Made by a program: the position numbers and the translations under genes. Positions 63,401 to 64,000 of a stretch of 64,000 nt of DNA are shown piece after piece. The notes under the pieces are model-generated. The model was not told where the DNA came from and did not search any database. It was given only the letters and a program-made list of their open reading frames with translations. Location of the stretch: the NCBI GenBank assembly GCA_963794945.1, contig CAWCFT010000001.1, forward strand, positions 160,001-224,000, written 5' to 3'. Numbering within the stretch: the first letter of the stretch is position 1; every line of letters starts with the position of its first letter. Source of the DNA: Endomicrobiales bacterium. Lineage in GTDB: Bacteria > Elusimicrobiota > Endomicrobiia > Endomicrobiales > CAWCFT01.

Positions 63401-64000
63401 CATATCAGTCCCGAAATTAACCGCTTTAAGCGCTTCTGAGGCAGCAGGCATATAAAGCGCATAATCGAGTTTGAGCCGCTGGTCCGCGTCAAAGTACGAG
63501 AATATCAGATCGCCTTTGTTCGGCCCGATACCTATAAGTTTACTGTCCTTCATATTGACATAGTATTCGCGCGCAGTGTTCAAACTAACCGTATTTAGAG
63601 TACTCGCGTTAGTCGGGTTCAAGAAATTGTAATCTGGCGGAACGTTCGCGTCACCGGGATTTAACCTGGACGCAACGAGGTTCTTAGCGCCTACGGTTAT
63701 GTCACCCCAGCCTTCCCGGAATTGCATAAAGTACTTGATATTGTCATTAGCTATCTCGGTTTTTCCTGGGGTAGTCTTCATGGCTAAACTCGTTGTAAAA
63801 TCATACAATCTTGCGACAAGCCCGTAATTGCCTGTAAATGAGTCTTTAGCCTGATTTCCAGCGGGCAGGAGCGCCCAGTCAGCCCACGGGGCCATGACCA
63901 AATTGTTGCTCATAGTGATTCTCTGGCTTGAAGAAAGAGTATATTTAGAGTTGGCATTAAACGCGTTATACGCGCCGAAGTTTATATCGGTACCTGTATT
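51479..64000 (-). CDS. Giant membrane-anchored multidomain protein (5' end beyond the window)
   Basis: 4144 aa ORF, still open through base 64000; beta-rich repeats, TM segments, internal duplications. Confidence 0.85.
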   Translation of the reverse strand, partial: NTGTDINFGAYNAFNANSKYTLSSSQRITMSNNLVMAPWADWALLPAGNQAKDSFTGNYGLVARLYDFTTSLAMKTTPGKTEIANDNIKYFMQFREGWGDITVGAKNLVASRLNPGDANVPPDYNFLNPTNASTLNTVSLNTAREYYVNMKDSKLIGIGPNKGDLIFSYFDADQRLKLDYALYMPAASEALKAVNFGTDMSVKAAGQGQVWAGAMVNNIGLKYTQNINSFSGANKYTANGEVFVNPSKNIALSLGGGVKDGKQGTVSSGAEYNHPGKNLGDYSLQMKADPNGVSIGNSHTWGVSLGVLFHIIKEKNTGNGTAIETGRVMNPMDLSMQADVTPDVARKAQLLSQDNLMQQLLCIPPDFKFGSASPYMQNIEKNLYTLAKTINDNSGYFNAVQAQAEMKTKKEIVNKTEREYVKDVINASKEISDKTRRDEIISVLKRSLQNKPGYLAEYQSLDQFSVAKTEAETLKAKIERYRGRLLGTGDMDTKEINSYSALIAAGYTDKDIAQLLDAKIEVKRILESSPELQAELRPPQEGTEAFESMFIQFLEQKRFENGAATEVLRDNFREEFKYNYSDWKVTYYARQLVARYKEALGRSPGSDSKTVWDNIMRSAWDELRLGKCVSDYTYRVSDEVCGAVKKFGASLGKDVYEVETLRDKQGRILELTGISHEGSKVFKISNDNVMPTLEIFDFPHGSGENTAHSIVYEFKCDDAALGSWIIGKSGSMKPDLIGRIVGDKTYTIERRGNWMRWVDVEGTKFLPGHREIRYGDAYLQTEGDKKFEETFTRKENNDGSYTKSFIKDGIADREETYLWQLEADMPLSTIFHYSEFGVPLVEIFEGQNGMQSKVYLWNEAAGRRGEDPVYVNTYTYDSGLYNRILKTRDNNATGLHEDWNDVSPDGSVFKYRGKITSADGKAVAVKTSTQARYSEERTDTNEDLLAATKDIKTVNLETGKDILKRYDFRGNRIYTETGGFGDNTYIRTLVREYADKRPSETGLINLRTIESEQLTYDKKNNILKTSLGAVNGQTMKQAYTRENVTEGTRTYGETNVLTGADVFVTYSISDESKSKPLYKTEISAMDYNSMKKTTATIKYREDGIIDWEKIRQNELADNSVKQFGSSIGKDVYAVETKRDSEGKILELIATSVNGSRLFRVINDNIIPNIEIYDYSQKDGTAHALLYEFTDAAISKSSIDGLKPGSIGRIVGEKTYRIERPGDSMRWIDVKGTKFLPGHREIRYGEVYQHTDKDKNFEETFVKRENEDDTYTKYYYKAGLIDRTETYLWRLEDEMPVSKIFYSTDYGAPLIEVFEGRDNMESKMYLWDEKTGNRGQNPVFENTYIYDSRYYDRIISTKDNKVTGLHEEWNDVSPNPDNIKFEGKITGPAGALIATIITEQARYSNTRTETKDNMNGNKDIKTMNIITGNEQANKYDFKSNRIYSETYAPGDNTYLRSFVREYDDKRPNEGGWINQRTKENELTIYDQKNRPIIVTSYGAVEGLSLKQSYLRRDITEQINTRGERDIVTGADLSRAYSAYDKAYKYPLYMTEISDIDYTSMRNTVSTVKYREDAEGRENRFVEWIENGFINPLFNAGNFTKTLADGRTLSVTTGLAENNKPLINSAGDYYKTVEYKLLGQKENITLNTDMTPHESVTTSNNGTFVEKKALNARSADGTICNRVEEADGETAVEYLNGFCGSVVSKEKYFNDKRTSRTDYGFKNNKSGEVYFSVLTVNDKLGTETEESRGAHRDGYTQWIETRNKTTKEPVTVLNSNDGITFNGFNYDTKELMDQHALYIGGPINEKTTFTPSANDLNSTRDIKCKEHLYINDDGTAIMVSEYPKTKNNRAEQYEFYGGVLNESRETGPDDFVIVNKTRLNASGTEYKLDYYNGVSEIHTMAYPGDIPAEIKASDISGVNIYSMQNNGNKNTYTYANGDVSEQALKYRGGPVETMTTWSSPSRNTVKTTGTVRFDEKNRSWGLELIYPNSNSKHFENKDFLWRDGPIVKDEVFSAGDLSKGNFSGNKSKVRVSLTESGFNSSDNKLHQVSHYYGEHDLTAEIRAEDYTLLFMNGPPAEGANTATIREYRYKYDGTRVPSNKETVTYKVDIDYPQPNYVYRTETVYRTDNGIRMPYFDSKQQLKNILGAWKPVSQELRYQKWMQPAYGLLKTSFAYDEKKTGLPLENTADYINPTGAPVTLRTKTERMFNYNELKNSKHISQGEQGIIKEVERVRDEIARLVKTNSKDNAVPDIVIPAENLFVGMVYETSSDRSGNIIPEKYLGMSLYLNDIAGLRLVASEDINAVTTERKINIKYELNNGQTVEHGYTRGTTGKLGAVNHGVDYPVYFKLTGPWKNDLVDINRAPIFQGQNELKRDEVQEYYPLPHKDRIFLRAYDAILAMIYHAKDIIIDKNTGSFTYKKGPPELMMIYRSLREGKDVLPKYYTTPALSWALILSVLSAAFVLPSVFIKLYRKKKNDALYKSNATTQQQASGTIDYQGSEKANDDKAQVTNESGNGASNGNGNSLVNEGLNGDILTPIEKSEKLLDEWEAMLNIRRTTGFSGQDIDDLLNKAMKIINLTPFEVKKANKNLLGLHKNYGNMYKLSLETMRILKLTESKIPDNDEEKKEELNLVLSEFGDIAQYASNYADIASSQDNLNLMSNYVMNKDNIFEKRLPLLKISVMTVVRIVYGFWLGIRVSSGRMKSSVRKLVKLGNAIDPELYDDQENTIRDTDNYADSIVQQEKVPSFGIKQYWKFRRAVPRIIGVLTLLFSVFSFAFISSEITLDLVRGLICGIGISAGASLFLVWRGLVDEYSEHQKINIDKNLKRYMTDNHEDKFRDMEYKTAIRTWKKEMDSEKPNADIVLVMAEQSMVGKYEELFKEKSHKFVRKDTKFKVVPYNGNDGAAYCEAFSYLSDAYPGSNEFGRSIILITGKDDWDSVTNTVSLPGIDDLTLPDKEDINNIEFQLMNGYRAAKALADEGRGGKIFVDAALHYVGPIRRRDEITMVGSWADYKQVEDQNLKLVLGMNDGHVRKLYQDFKLEDINDKLERHMLTGVYDKSNIKKRQMPVLSGITLFSFDTHKKEQEFIELLRYEPKDFSLTNDIVNPLILLKREGSKEMYKSLISRNIFANKEQRDPMLKLLDTYDNLYAKDNSVPFEFWLYMPHLHETYITNGRALHNTPVDNVDKANPKRPENVDGGSPSHDELMTPYENAEKYLDELDCLTQAKKDNFTEDDAVMARNKVKLIMNLTPFKMEKAKSNLANLYWIYDKLEKRSMETIDSLKKTYKIIPENDVKKKEKIGLIIAEFNSISKYAVNYMGAVSSLDNIGVMSGYFMPHGKFLETSGLMSFMRFWFGFSFGLASSSFGAKDRVRKIVGIGNAIDPGLYDIPEQTIQEADKYADSIEHADKSNAIGIGKRWPLRRALPRILGLLVFLYSILDIALLHTGIPTSFIISLIVFGFMSLGISWYCILKGLDTHYELKLKGIDNATEGFVTGDYTQRFRRIEYEDTIKSWEQEMASEKPSADIVLIMAVSENVNKYEQLFSAGSDRFIRNDVPFKVIPYEGNDGAAYAEAYRYLAENYPAVKKNGRAIILVTGANEWHSITSAVSIPGTKKIKLPSGNDIKNIEYQLMNGYKASRMLAEEKRGGKIFIDVELQYTGPVKRSGEITLVGSWANFNQVEDQKLKLVLESFDGRIKKLYHDFKLEEINDKLERHMLTGVYDRTNSKKRQMPVLSGITLFSFDKEENEDEFTDLLSEEPRGFSMTKDVFNPLILLKHEGFNKMYKSLISRNVFPNKLNRDPMLKLFDNYNKRYDNGNSMPFDFWVYMAHPQETYITRGSVHETPAKDADDIHTASFYGFFDWTPWIMALGLESKIKAKISSVPEAVEGDKEVVKRAEDVPAKGFTMAHETALEIFNGAGMSVQNDESLKKYITGQKWLNGYLDKVQIDIVRGLPQNKIFNGSGKAGEFYDLGRLVTYNRDQAGVLHVLIHEKFFGAYPGIERETLALVVALHEFLEEYFVSQKNMSLQQAHELVDRSGFGENIVGQITSLADINMIDRIKKNWEVVKPQVQIVAARAPLSRVAPVKDRYDIVKNEIRALRSVTSPFAAVKEIGRIVTPLTRQEIQNRMYYKGVMPVSYEVTGTFKKQIMELAALNKGGLGITLLKEAANTSAKAFSV
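52500..56410 (-). repeat. Intragenic tandem duplication, ~2.0 kb units (~660 aa)
   Basis: LTPIEKSEKLLDE vs MTPYENAEKYLDE; INDKLERHMLTGVYD...KKRQMPVLSGITLFSFD occurs twice, 1989 nt apart. Confidence 0.9.
59290..62070 (-). repeat. Intragenic tandem duplication, ~1.43 kb units (~476 aa)
   Basis: GKDVYEVET vs GKDVYAVET 1428 nt apart; GTKFLPGHREIRYG and TGLHE.WNDVSP each occur twice. Confidence 0.9.

Overview
Bacterial chromosomal window, almost all genes on the minus strand. The organism is probably a diderm anaerobe (porin, ferredoxin oxidoreductase); the giant gene suggests an Elusimicrobiota/Omnitrophota-like lineage, which is inference only. About 14 small frameshifts break otherwise intact genes, most likely long-read indel errors. 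Layout: 1-11.6 kb, mixed housekeeping and signalling genes including a PII-like/CstA operon; 11.6-13.0 kb, an IS110/IS1111-type element whose downstream non-coding region holds guide-like matches to its own target and circle junction (bridge/seek RNA); 13.0-15.5 kb, thiM-thiE-nadA behind a TPP riboswitch; 15.5-39.0 kb, a ~23 kb sulfur/Met/Cys cluster (HPr, metY, cysK, YezD-like protein, porin, metQNI, PaaK-like ligase, aminotransferase, four-subunit 2-oxoacid:ferredoxin oxidoreductase, ssuABC with a QueG-like Fe-S protein, CBS/CGL, Rrf2, metXW); 39-47.7 kb, accessory envelope genes (secreted TPR-CHAT, GT-C) and tRNA-Arg; 47.8-64 kb, the 3' part of a giant (>5,400 aa) membrane-anchored protein with two internal tandem duplications and C-terminal glycogen-debranching domains. 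The most novel-looking signal is that several unrelated proteins of the sulfur cluster (HPr, YezD-like, PaaK-like, SsuB, Rrf2) end in CysE/CymR-like CysK-docking tails (GxGI or [DE]YxI). The same cluster also has Cys-containing mini-ORFs and a terminator-bearing leader after yezD.
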